From Tubiluchus corallicola (taxonomy: Eukaryota; Animalia; Priapulida), in NCBI GenBank assembly GCA_030141605.1, contig JAQGDQ010000046.1, forward strand, positions 372,001-436,000: a DNA stretch of 64,000 nt, written 5' to 3'. Under the pieces are notes generated by a model. The model made no database searches and was not told where the DNA came from. It saw only the letters and a program-made list of their open reading frames with translations. Each line of letters begins with the position of its first letter. Position 1 is the stretch's first letter. The position numbers and the translations under genes are program-made. Below, piece after piece: positions 12,801-25,542 of this stretch.

Positions 12801-15800
12801 TTTCTTTACAGGTGGTTAAGACGTCAGGCTATCGCCTAAGTTCATTTTAGATTGAAGTTACTAAGTTACTATTGCTTTAAAGAGAACAAATCCTGTTTGT
12901 TAAAAAAGTTTTTGCTGGTTAAAAACTGCTTAAAGTTTTTGAGAAACAATTACAAAAGTGAGAGAAAGTGTTGAGACCAATGGGAAGAAAAACTACAATA
13001 GTCGAAGGAAATGTTTAGTAGAATAAGTCAGTCCTTGAGGTGCATTTGAAACTCATTTTCATGTTTTTCTGCTTCAAATGAGACATAGCCTAGGTACTAT
13101 ATATATATACTATGTATGTATATATATATATATATGCTGAGTTTAATCAAAATGCGTAGTAAACAAAGCACTTTTGCTATTTTTGAAGTTTTTTCATTTT
13201 TTGTTCACACTTTTCCTTGTTTTGCCTTAGCCCGATTAAGCACAATTTTTCCCTCTTCGACTTATTTACCTTTGTTTTCAACTGTTACCTTTATTATGTT
13301 TATCTTTTTTAGCATCGACTTAAAATTCACATTTGATTTCCTTTCCATTTGTCTTTTCAATTTTATTGTTGGGCTGCCTGTTGCTTTTTTCGTCTTTGAC
13401 TTCCTGCTCTTTGCTGTTTTTGACAATGCTTTTTATCTACGTTATTTTTACACGATTTTTACATTATTTTGTTTATTCTGTTGTTGTGTGTTTTTTCATT
13501 TCTGACTTCATTATCATTGTGTTATGAAATTGCGAGTGTCTATTTTAGCTTTCGTGTTTATTGCAGTTAGGCCTACTATTGTTTTCACAAATGTTTTTTG
13601 GCATGCATGTGAGTCACCCGTATACATTCAATGCACACGTGCAGCTGTATGCTTAGGCCTAAATCTAGTCAATATGTTTGGTTGATGGCAAACCGGTCGC
13701 AGCCCTACTTTGAAGTCCACTGCAGCATAGACTAAACACAAATGCGCGTGCAAAAATCAGTAAACATCGGACCAATTATCAGACCAAACTTCGTCTAAAA
13801 CTTATTTGCAAGAATCTGTGTCAGATCATCATACATCTTAAGGCACGTGGAAGAAACTCTGTTGGATCTTCTTACTTTAATCTACACCTAAATTTCATGG
13901 ACAAGAGAAGTTATATCCAAATTTTAGGCTACCAGTCAGTTAGCTCAGTTCTCCTTAAAACTTAAAGCTCTAATTCATATCCAATAAGGCAATAGCTCAG
14001 TCGGTTCGATTTAGCTTGAATCTACACAAATTTCGTGCACAAATCAGTCAATTCAAGTTTCGTGAAGCTACATCATTTTATACGTATTTTGTGTGAAAAA
14101 GTCAGCCCGAATGTATCATGCCTCTTACTTCAAGTCGTAGATGAACTTTCTTCACATCAGATTCATCTTACCTTGAAGCCACATTTACAGCCGTGTTTCC
14201 CAGTGAGTTCAGCTCTCCACTCCTGGAGTTCTTCATCGTTCATTATCTTTTCTGGTGTATCTGCAAAAATGATGCGAATGCTTCGTACAAAAACGCAGAG
14301 CACTTTGAAATAGTGGAGGCAGTTCTGTAGTTTTTAAAGAATATAAATTGGGCTGCTTTCAAAAACTAGTCTGAAGCAGTTTGTGTGGTTGTTACTGTTG
14401 CTCCTGCTGCTTTCTATTATTTCTGTCGTTGTTGCTGATGTTGTTAACCTTCTTGCTGTAATTGTTGGTATTGATGGTTCAGTTTTTTTGGGAATTCGTC
14501 CAACAAAATTAATTTTATTAAACTCCAGCCATGAACTTATTTGCGGATTAAAAATGTGCCTTACGCAATATTTACTGCGCATAATTTGGTGTGCACAACC
14601 TGTGCCGAAACGACCGTGCGTGAAATAGTTCTGCATCAACCATTTTCTAGGCATGACACTTGCATTGGGACCACGCAAAGTGTTAGCAGACGTTTTAAAG
14701 AAGTCCACTGTAAGATTTACTAATCATGAAGTAAGAATCTAACTCACCATAATGGTGTTTAACTATTTGATCTACATATCTGTTGAGCGCATAGAAAATT
14801 TTCAATGCATCATCACGAGCGTAATATCCAGGCAGAATTTTGTCATCCAATAAGCCTCGCGATTCTAATTCGTTAGGAAGATTGCCATTTTGACTGAAGT
14901 TCCAGTCTGCAAAGCTGCAAAGAGTAAAAAATTCAAAATGTTTCCACGGAATTACATGTTATTGAAGTCGTAGACGAAAATGAATATACATCGCCAAACA
15001 ACTTTGATCTGGGTTTAGTGACTGGGTATTAGTTGCGATCTGTATGCGACGCCATTAGGCCTTGTTGAGTTGGAAATTAAAAGCTTTACTAAGCATAATT
15101 AAAAATGGTCAATGTGCTTAACTTTTATCACAATTTACTTGCCTCTTTTTCACTATCTCAAATGCACCAGTTCTGCCGATAGCGAGTGTTTTACTAATCC
15201 ATCCAGATTCTGATATCAGTAGATTAAGGCCTCGCCTGAAGTACAGTAAAAAAAACAAGTGAAATACGCGCATACTTGTCTTCGTGGATAATTAGTGCCC
15301 GAGGCTAATGTCCAAGAACTATTCTTGCCTTAACAAGAAGTCCCTACTGTAGTGAAAATGGATGACAGAAATTGTTACATGATATACGTGCTCACAGATG
15401 TAGTAAATATGTAAAATGCACCAGTTAATTTTACCAGTTAACGATCTTGATAACAATACTGTGCTTACTGATACTTACGTGTTTATAGCAATCAAATAGA
15501 GAAAATGCGGTGCAAGTAGTTTAAACACTGGATGTGAGGGGCTCAAGTTCCTGTGAGTACAAACCACCACCCCTTCCATGACAAGATGTGTTAAACCTAT
15601 AACAATCGTATTTGGAAAGTACCAGGAGATTCGATTTAAGACAACACCATTTATTTCATAATCAATGTGGTATACTTAACTTGACTCGCAAAAACCCGTT
15701 TCAGAAGCTAATTAGACACAAGCCCCTATTGATTATAATAAAATTTGTTAATTAAAAAAATCAGCAACTGTGTGTATGAAAACCTTTATAAAACCTATTT

Positions 15801-18800
15801 ATACCGTTGCAAAGTATCCACTCTTACCTAGATGTGTTACAGCTTGATGGACTTGCGCGTCTGAGTTGTTGTACCACATCTTAGCAAGAAGCCAAGTGTA
15901 ATGAGAGTCTTTGGGTGTGAACACCTGTTCGCAAAGCATAGAACTACATTAGAAAATAAATAGCATTCTTTCCTACATGCAGGTTACATTCCTGAAGGGA
16001 TATCTACGAAACTAGCAAATGTACATTCACCTAGCTTGTACTCAAAAGTATCCAACTTCATATCAAGTATTTGCAAACGTTACATTCTACTGCTCAATTT
16101 AACTTATATTCGATCTACATGCATCCATTCCAGGAGCTGTTTTCGTTACAAGCATTGGGCTTTTCTATTAATTACTACATCCGACAGCTGTAAATTAACA
16201 ATTTATCAGAAATGTCTTCAGCTTTATTAGCTAGGCCTTTCCATCACAGAAGACTCCTAACAGTGACCTGAGTAATTGATGGCGATATCTGATCACTAAT
16301 TTTCAGTAATTGAATATCGGGAAAACTGTTTTCCAGGCAGTTTCATGTATCACTTTTGAGAATCGGCTAGATTCCAGTTTTGCCACAACTTCTCTTCAAT
16401 ATTACTAAAAGGCTCTGCCGTTGAGTGCTGAATGAGTGACGAGCGCTTATAGTGTGCCATGGTCACATTTGTCTATTATGTTAAATACTTGTGTTGCTCC
16501 TGTATAAACTTCTGACTTCTAAAACAAGCAGAATTGCAAGTATTTTTCATCAAATAGCTCATGTCGGTATTAGTAGGCGTACTAAATAACAATTTTACGT
16601 ACAGGGCTTTCCCGAGTTTGAAAAAGTTGAATGGCTACTGGTATTAACGTCTGGTCATCCTTGAGATAGAACAGAGCGTATGGAACGCATACCTGTAAGT
16701 ATGAAAGAAACAAATTACATTAGCAATTTATTACAGGTAAAAGGAAAATTATGAGCTTCTTTATTTAACATAGGCCCTGCCAGATGTTAGGGTATTTAGT
16801 GTGAGCCCATTTTCGAGTTGATATTTGCTACAACGCTGTAAAGAGGATCAGATTCAGGCGAAATCTAAAACCTGTGCTACGCTGTGTGGCACCGTACGTC
16901 ACCTGACCGTACTCTAAACTCTATCTTCCCTCGCGTCACTTTACGATATCTTAAGAACCTTTGGCGTAGCTCATTTTATCTTACCTTGGTATTTGCAATA
17001 GTAGGAATACCCTCCAACAGTTTATGGTCAGTATAAAAGAGTTTTTTGGAATTTGCAGCTTCTTCCATTGACTTTCCTTCCAGAAAAGGTGCCACCAGTT
17101 CTTGACTCACATTAAAGCTGGAATCAAAGGCAGTATGGTAGAAAAAGTGAGTAATGCTGAAATACATTAAAACTGCGTAATGCTAAAAATGTTATTGGCA
17201 TTACATTGCAACGAAAAGCATGTCAATTTGCATTTCCAACATTTTGCTTTTGTGTTGCTAAGCGTTCCGAAAAGCAGCAGATGAAAACGTTAAAATGACC
17301 AAACACATTATAAAGGAGAGTTTGTGTAATTGACTTGATTTTTTCTTTAGGGCGCATGCTTTCACCCACAGTCTGAGCATCTGAGCGTTGTTTCTTTGAT
17401 TTTCATTATAAAAATTCCTGCATAATGAAAGTGGGGCATCAGAATGTGAATTTCTTACTTTTTTGGTAAATCATCTCCTTTTACAAAGAGTCTAATCATC
17501 TTAGCGTTGACGCCTGTCAATCTTTGTCTTGCGAAATGTTCGTCTGTTTCCCATCCTTCTGCATTCTGTAGATAGATAAATAATCAAATTTCGGGTTAAT
17601 AAAGCATATGAACTCACTTTTTCCGACGAGTACACTGAAAATACGAAAACAAATTATTAGCTTATTCCTTAAACTGCCAACTGTATTATATTAAGGCAGT
17701 ACCAAAAACAAGACATTGAAATTTATACTACCAGGATGGCCGAATGTTCTGGTAAGAAAGTGATAAACTTGGATGGATAGTACACAGTCAAAGGTGTTTT
17801 TACTGCAAGAAGTGCAAGAACTAAACAACCAAAGTATCAGACATTTACACCTTATTTCATCAGCTGGTAAGGGAACTAGTTAGTGACCTAGCTTGGTGTG
17901 TGATTTAAGTTAAAGAAAATTTTCTTGAACGTCAACAGAACTGTAAACTTATGATCAGAAAACTGGACTTACAGAACTTATTCCACCAGATACATTAGCG
18001 GTATAGTCAGTGACCTTGTAATGATGGAGCAATGACAAAGGTCTTCAAAGTTTTTGAATTCTAATCAATATTTATAGTAACTAATAAATGCACACAACTG
18101 AGAACTTTAACCTATGCAATTTAAGTATGTGCACTTTGTTTTCTTAATTATTCAATATTCATTAGTTATAACAAGCGTGTCATGCTCCCATCTTAAATCC
18201 CACTCGAATTATTGTTATAGTTTATTTTGCAAACTATCTGAGTAGAAGCCAAAATTTACTTGACTTGTATATAGATCTATTTTGTGGTATATCTGAGAGA
18301 GAATCCCTAAAACCTGTTGCAGCAATATTTATAAATTAGCTCACCTTAGGAACTGGAAAATGCTTGAATTTGTACATGTCCTTTAGATCATCAACTGTTT
18401 GCCATTTGTCTACTACAAATTTAGTAATTGCACTTTCTGCCAACATTTTCATTTTTCTCTTTACTAGATCCCACTGCATAAGAAAAAATATTGAAAACTT
18501 AAAATGACTGTTCGTGAAAATACGTACGGGTACGAGCTTATAGATACAACTTGCGGTAGTAACGGCAGCATGCGTGTATAGAGACGGAACTTGCGCAAAG
18601 ACAGGGGGTTTTATAATTCTGAATTATCTTATTAATGGTTAAAACTGCATTATAACATAAGCTCTATATAATTTCAGCAAAATTTACTGCGAGAGTTGAC
18701 TCGAAATGTTCTTCTCGATCAGTTAAATTCTAAATTAGGCCAGCGATTTTGATTCATGTTGAAAACGATACCTCAAGCACGACGTTTCAAAATACTGTTG

Positions 18801-20950
18801 TCAAAAATTTTTATTATAAAGTAAACCACGCAATTATGCAAAGAAAAAACTTCTTGTAGGCTGTATTTCAGGTTTTATCTGAGGAAAAAAGTATTTATAA
18901 ATGCCCAGGCTCAAGTGACAATTTTATGCGATTTCTATGTATACAGTGTTTTGAAACTCGCTATTTGCACGGATTCACGACAACACAGTAACTAGCACAC
19001 TAATTGCTAGGTAACACACCACAAATAAAAGTTTTAGCAGATTTGCAGTTATGGAGATGAATACGTAGTAACAGACCTCGCTTAGCTTTCATACTAGACT
19101 AAATATAGATTTAGTAGGTATAGCATACAGAACACACGTATGCTGGATATTGTTAATTCCATTAAATTTTGTTTTGCTAGCTACTCTTGTTATAGCTTTA
19201 CATTTTCCAGAGCATGTTCAGCTGCATAAAAATAATGGCTATTATAGCAATAGTTATTATTCTTAAACAGCTCAATATATTCCACTATTGTTGTAAAAAA
19301 AGCGTTATCTGCCTTCGGATAAGCTTGAACAACACTAAACAGTTTTTGGCTCTCCAAAATTTTTGAGGTCTTTTACGTTTACCTCAGCCAGACAGCCACA
19401 CAATGTGGCTGAAACAAAATTAAGAATATTGCAATAAATGTAGTTTGTGTGCAAATTTTTATTTGACTCATTGCAATTGAGCATTAATAACTTTGACCAC
19501 AAGGTGACCTTGTTTTGCGAATTGCACCACACCTCACACTTTAATTTCAGTTAGCTATTACTTTTAACTGATTAGTAGCCTATACTTTTTTCAGTGTCCA
19601 AACCTATTACTTTTTATAACAATCTAATGTATAGCAAAAATTCCAGAGTTTGCAGGGTAACTTTTTAACGTCTTCTTTTTGCGAATCTCGCTTACTCATA
19701 AATGTCTCTATCATTAAGTAGCGTCTCGTATCACTGGGATGCACGCAATGCCCACAATATGGAAAATCACAAAATGCAGATATCTGTAGGCCCACCTTAT
19801 AATCATCAGAGAATTGTTCGACAACAGGAATGCTTTTCACCTGCAAAATTAAATCCAATTTAATAAATTGTGATGTACAGATAAAACATTTCCTTGCTTC
19901 TAAATGTTCCTTTCGTTCCTTCCTTCCTTTCTTCTTTTACTTGCTTTGTAAATAAATTCCTTTTGAACCGTTATACGAAGTATTTTAAACTAAGTTTTGT
20001 GGATAGCTAGTCTACACTATAGTTTTTCAAGCAGTTTCAACAAATTTTTGTCTAAATGAAGGGATCAGAGAAGTGAGTAAATACTTTCTCCGTTCGTAAA
20101 TTATGGCAATAAATTTTGTGGTGCTATTTATTTTCTGAAAACACAAACTTTCTGCCAAAACTTCTACACTCTACCTGGCAGGGAATTCCATCGTAGTGGC
20201 GAGTGAACTCATATATCTGTTTTTTCTCTACTAGTTCCTGTTTCCGTGGTTCCATCTGATCATCGAATTGAGGTAAACAACAATCATGTTCCTTAATTCG
20301 GTATTTCTGGAATGCGTTAATCCACCGCTGTATGGGAAAGTAGAATTGACACCCAACAGAAACATGTTGAACCATCACGTAATCTACATACCTGAAAGTC
20401 GTGTAGAAGTTTGAAATGGATCAAACTGTGTAGACTGAAAATGTGCAAGTGGATTTTGGCTGACCATGCAAGTAAGTGAGAGAAGCTTATCAATGGGAAG
20501 GCGAAAGGAGAGTAAGTGAAAAAAACGTGTGAGTGTGAGCTAGCTAGCGACGAATTAGGTGTGTCACGACGGCGAGCATATTTTGGGAGCTTATTGGTTT
20601 GGCCACTTTCAGAAAACCGGTGGCGGAAAAGTTAAAAAGGTGTCTTACCAGTCGTCACAGAAGCCGTTGGCATCTCTCCACAATTCTATTTGTGCAATTT
20701 TGCCAAACCCCGACAGCTTTGGACACGGGAAAACGTCCGTGTTGCCTCTCTCGAAATCATTTCTGAAGAGGACATCCAGGCATATTTCCGGTGACTTCCG
20801 GCCCGAATCGTCAAAAAGTACGATGTAGACGTTGGCATCCGTTCCAGCTCCCTTTTTGTCACCAGTTCGTACGTGGATGTGGTAGTCAGAAAATCTAAGT
20901 GCTGCTGGATTCCGGATACTTTTTGATAAGGAATATAAGTAATTTCCCAT
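9872..20950 (-). CDS. PLAT-domain lipoxygenase (ALOX5 / coral 8R-LOX-like), 15 coding exons, 680 aa
   Basis: Exons (minus strand): 20950-20649, 20391-20175, 19840-19796, 18473-18345, 17565-17459, 17117-16985, 16692-16603, 15924-15828, 15596-15479, 15235-15143, 14914-14748, 14260-14172, 12488-12312, 10398-10235, 9986-9872. Total 2043 nt, in frame. PLAT motifs [20 protein letters not shown]; WLLAKMW; iron ligands [12 protein letters not shown] and HASVN; C-terminal ...PNSISI*. Confidence 0.95.
11290..11533 (+). mobile_element. Possible LINE 3' tail in a lipoxygenase intron
   Basis: T-rich UTR-like stretch ending in AATAAA followed by a short (CATT)n tail, typical of L2/CR1-type 3' ends. Confidence 0.3.
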
Positions 20951-21030
20951 GATTTTCAGAAGATGTTTTTCTTTGGTGGTGTTGTTGTTGTTATTGTAAG
21001 GCCACAAAAGACTCTCTGAATGTGCCAGGT

Positions 21031-22110
21031 CCTAGAAAATCGACAGAATCTTGGACAATTATCTACAAATGAGCTTAAACATACAACAAGGTTCGTAAGC
21101 TATTTTGCATAAATTATAATGCGTGGAAAAATGTAGCTACAAGAATGTAGTTTTTCTGTAACAGTTATCTTTGACCAAATAGTCAATCAAGAGTCAATAA
21201 CCATTCAGTTAGTAAAACCTGATAACATGTTTTCATTAACCAGCTACCACGCTAAGTTGATCAGAGCAAAAACTCCAGTCGGTCCAAGATCGGTAATCGA
21301 CAATCAGAAAAAAATTGTATTCCATGAACTCCGAGATTATTTGATTTTTTGAAGGTTGGCTCTACAGAATTGTTAGATTCAAAATGTTAATGCATTAGAG
21401 ATTTCTTAAGAGATAGGAGATCGAATAGCTCCGTGGAAGCTGTGTCCTCGACGCTCGTTAAATGGACTTTTCGATAATGCTAGCTACATATTTATATATA
21501 AACTTTATTTATTTAGTGTGAATCGATAAAACAGCGTAGCTGATGACAGTAATGTTACTACAGTGTTCTAATACTTCTATATACAAAGCTACGTTTGTTC
21601 ATTTTCAAGTCAAAAATTGTTCACATATTTCGCAGCTCTAAAAGTAATAAAAAATCATTACTTTACTTTAAACACCATAATGATGCAATAATTAATTTTG
21701 TAGGTTATCTTCAACTAATTTTTTAATCTTTGTAATTATAACGTTTTCTTGACTGACTAGTGACTAATGTTAGCTACATGAATATTAATCATAATATAAA
21801 GTCCGATTTATCATGGAGTTCGCAGGCATATCCGGGCGCCGGTTCTAATAAAACTCTACCAAACGTTCATAAGTTAATAATCTTGATGTTGTAATACCGG
21901 GTATGGTAAGCGTAATTGTAATCCGCGCAGCCCTGCGATACGTTCATTCATAAATCTGACCCACGTTTCTTTACCCTTTGCCATGTGCAAAAATTAATTA
22001 AAACACACTGACCTTTGAGACTGTAAGCCAATATCCTGCGTAGTCTCGAGGCACTATGCACGGTACTTCACAGCTACTGTATTTCACTGTTTGCCCTCTA
22101 GCAAAATATA
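21031..22110 (-). promoter_or_regulatory. Probable 5' UTR intron and non-coding first exon/promoter of the lipoxygenase
   Basis: Acceptor TTTTCTAG immediately before 21031 on the minus strand, donor AAAG|GTCAGT near 22012, and a TA-rich TATATTTT element near 22105. Confidence 0.35.
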
Positions 22111-22535
22111 TCCGGTCTTATGAAGCAATTTCATTGAATAACTTTTCATTCTAAGGGCGCGGCAAAATCAGTGGTTAATTCAATAATAGCGTATATGAAT
22201 AATCGTGTCACATCAACTGAAGTTTGGTTAATGCATAGGGTAAATGTTCCATTCCGCGCAGAAAAATGGCGCAAGGCTTAGCCTGAATTAACGAAAAAGA
22301 TGGATTATTCGCTATACCTACTGCAACTATAAGTGCAAGGCTACCGGAGTATTTAGAAATCTATTTTTACTTGTTTAGAGGGTCACTGTCACGATTGTAG
22401 TCGAGCAACTATGACCAAGCCGAATAAATATTGCCGTACTCAACAAAGGCATGCAGGGCCGCACTAACTAAAAGTATTTTTAGCGTCCTTTCTCAACTGC
22501 TAGGCCCTTTCAACGGCCCCTCCATGCACCACATT

Positions 22536-22852
22536 CGCAAAATTGAATTTTTGTTGTACGTAATAAAGTATAATGGTACCTATGTCTTAGGCTTGTGCAT
22601 GTGTTGTCGTGCACTAATTTATTGTAATTAATTAGTTATTTACAGCTTGTATTGATTTCATTTGAAGTTAAATTTGTGACTGGTCTTCTGCCCCCGCGCA
22701 CTTAACCCGCAAAATTGAATTTTGCCGTGCGTAATAATGGTACCTACGTGCTAGACTTATGCATGTATTACAGTGCATTAATTAATTGTAGTTAATTACC
22801 TATTTACACCTTGTATTGATTTCATTTGAAGTTAAATTTATGACTGGTCTTC
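22536..22852. repeat. Local direct duplication of about 150 bp (22536-22688 and 22708-22852)
   Basis: Both copies begin CGCAAAATTGAATTTT and end CTTGTATTGATTTCATTTGAAGTTAAATTT(G/A)TGACTGGTCTTC. Confidence 0.9.
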
Positions 22853-25542
22853 AAAAGCAATAAAACTCTACCATTTCTACTGCACACTCTTCGTGTATAT
22901 ACTCTTCACTAGATTTTTACACAGCCTTTTCATCAGAAAACTTTTGAAATACTAACTTTTCTTTTTCATATACACAATTTCAATAGTTTCACCATCTTCA
23001 AGTCCATAGCTCTGGTATGGTTGCAAGTAGTTGTGGCCAACCTTTTTGCAGTTCAATATCTGCCAGATTTTTTACCTTCCTTTCTCGGTAGTGCCCTTCT
23101 GAAGGATTTGATTCTCATGGATTTATGTGCCATGATTAGATAAACGATATTGTAAGAAACTTTTTTAATTTAATGGAGGAGTCGTTTGCATGCATGTAAA
23201 CTGTGGTCAAAAGCAAGGCAACTCGTCAGTGAGATCTGCATACAATGACAAAATCTTAGGGATGCAGGTAAAGCAAAACTAGAGATTGTTTTACTGAGGC
23301 AAGACGGGTTACTGTTAGTGTGGACGAATCATATATTTTGACAGAAAAGTGTTTGTTTGGCCACCCTATGCTACAGCCTAGTTTGCCTAGTGGTAGAACA
23401 CTGGAGGCACGGCTGAGGTGCTGCACCAGAGATCTTTCTCAATTTTTTTTGGAAATTCGTGTTGACGTATCGGTCAATACCCCCAGTTTTAAACTGAAAA
23501 TTCACACCGCTGTTACTGACATCAAAGGCACTTGGACTAGGGTGATCACCTTGTGAAGAAAATTTTCTCTGCAACCCTCGGGATAGCCAGTCGGGGGGGG
23601 GGGGGTGATGTGAGTAGTCTTGGGCTAGCGGTGGGTTGGCAACGCTTGGCAGCGAGCCAGTGGCTTAAACAATCAATAGTCTGTAGTCCGAAATGATGCA
23701 AAAATTGAACAGTTACTGAGTTTTTTGTATTGATGCTTTGCTTATATTATCCTAGTGATCTGGTGATGAAATACTTGAGTTTGTAGTTTAATACCACGAA
23801 TAAAAAATGTGTTTTGAATGTTATTTTGAGATTTTAATGACAGCTTCAATTGATCTTTTGAGAGTTTAGATTGTCATTATACGTTAATTCATGTATGATC
23901 AACCCAAATTTAAAGAGAAACCGAGCCTAATCTTAAACTACAGCCCAAAGTAATCTACCCTGTAAAATATTGAAAGGGAACGTACTAATTTTTTTCAAAA
24001 ATGACTAACGCGAAAGAATTATTACGACTGAAACGTAACTTCGCGCTCGCGCTGCTAGCTCTTCGCTATTACATGCATTTCGCCATTCGATAGTTAGATA
24101 GGCACTAGCGTATGCTTCTCGAAATGCGATGCACAAAAGAACAGTTGCTGTATCTCTCAGTTTAAAGGTGTTTAGTTGTGACATAGTGCAAACGTTTGAA
24201 ATTTGAACTTTAATTTGAATTTTAAACTTAAAATTTGCCGAGTTTTGTATATCACACTGAACTTGTACAGAAGCAATGTACTTTAATTTTCGCTTTCGTA
24301 AACACATGCAACATGGATGTTTGTGCTGTTGAAAATTATGTTCAGTTCTGATGTTTTCACTAGTAAATTAAGTTTTTAATCTATTATTTAATTATCAGAA
24401 ACGTTTCATTATTATAGGTTTAAAAATATATGCATTTTACTGTACTTCAAAATGGGATAGGATATGAAAAATCATCCTGTTTTCCTTTAACCAAGTTTTA
24501 CGGCACTTAGTGTACAGCTGGGGCCGGGGGGGGGGGGCTGCTTTAAGTACGCTGAACAATGTTGCATATTGCCGAAGGAGCCAAACAAATTTAAACAAAC
24601 GCAATTTAAAAACAAAAAATAACACTTAATAATAATTATGCAGCAAAATTAACTGGGCGAACGTTCATTTAAATTTTGTTTCATTAACCTGCCTTTGAAT
24701 TAGTTGTAAGTTTGCAACATATGAGATTGCCTATCATACAAAAAGCTGATTTTCCTGACAGTTTCCTGACTTCTTTGTCCTTAATTTGCTGACATGTCCG
24801 ATGAAATCCGGAAAGCAAATTTGACGGATCTGTCTTCACTCAAAAATTTTACTAGCAGGAAGCAATTTCTAGTCCGTGTAGGGTCTCCTTAAAGCTGATC
24901 TCTGGAATTTATTATTCTGGTTTCAACTGTGGCGTTTTAAAAGCTCGCCTATCACTCTCTTAGCCATTCAAACGTTATTGAAGCCTTAGTGCCATAGTGA
25001 CTATTACTGTATTACGTGTCGATACAGCCTGTACAATGTTGGAAGTAAAATATAGAATGCAAAATAATACTTCGATGCAGCTAACAAGGTACAGTAAATA
25101 ACCTGGATCAGCATGGTGAATAAAACCACTCAGAGCGAATATTAAGCCTGATGGTCGGCCATCTATACCTTTGTCACTAGGCACACATTGTGACCATGTT
25201 CTTCCCCATTGTTTGCCTTGCGTTTGTTACGTTGTAATTATTGCTGGTTGCTATTATAAAACGAATACTTAAAACGTAGTGGATATTCTCCGTCAGCGTT
25301 GGTGTATAATAGCAAAATTGTCATGTACCTCACGTATTCGCTTGAACTTAACTTGTTTCAGTGAGTTCAGGTAGAGGTCCTGGCGTAGGCTCCAAAGAAA
25401 CCCGCTCCAAAGAAATCAACGTAAACAGCAGTACGTTGCTTTACACACGTAATACGTCGTGCATGTATAATACAAGTTGGCCTTATGGACCTCGTCAATA
25501 ATTTTGTCTGCTGGTATTTCCGTCGTAATAAGTTCGCAGAGC

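Noticed and set aside
13992-14010. tRNA-like TAGCTCAGTCGGTTCGA
   Set aside because: A-box and B-box fragments are fused with no stems; not a tRNA gene.
14334-14723. Several overlapping 60-124 aa ORFs within a lipoxygenase intron
   Set aside because: No recognisable domain; the LOX exons on either side join in frame without them.
20920-20950. N-myristoylation of the lipoxygenase (MGNYLYS)
   Set aside because: Gly2/Asn3 fit, but residue 6 is Tyr rather than Ser/Thr; too weak without a predictor.
20951-25400. Catalase-like allene oxide synthase domain fused upstream of the lipoxygenase
   Set aside because: No catalase-like exons seen; the PLAT domain starts about 20 aa after a plausible Met.
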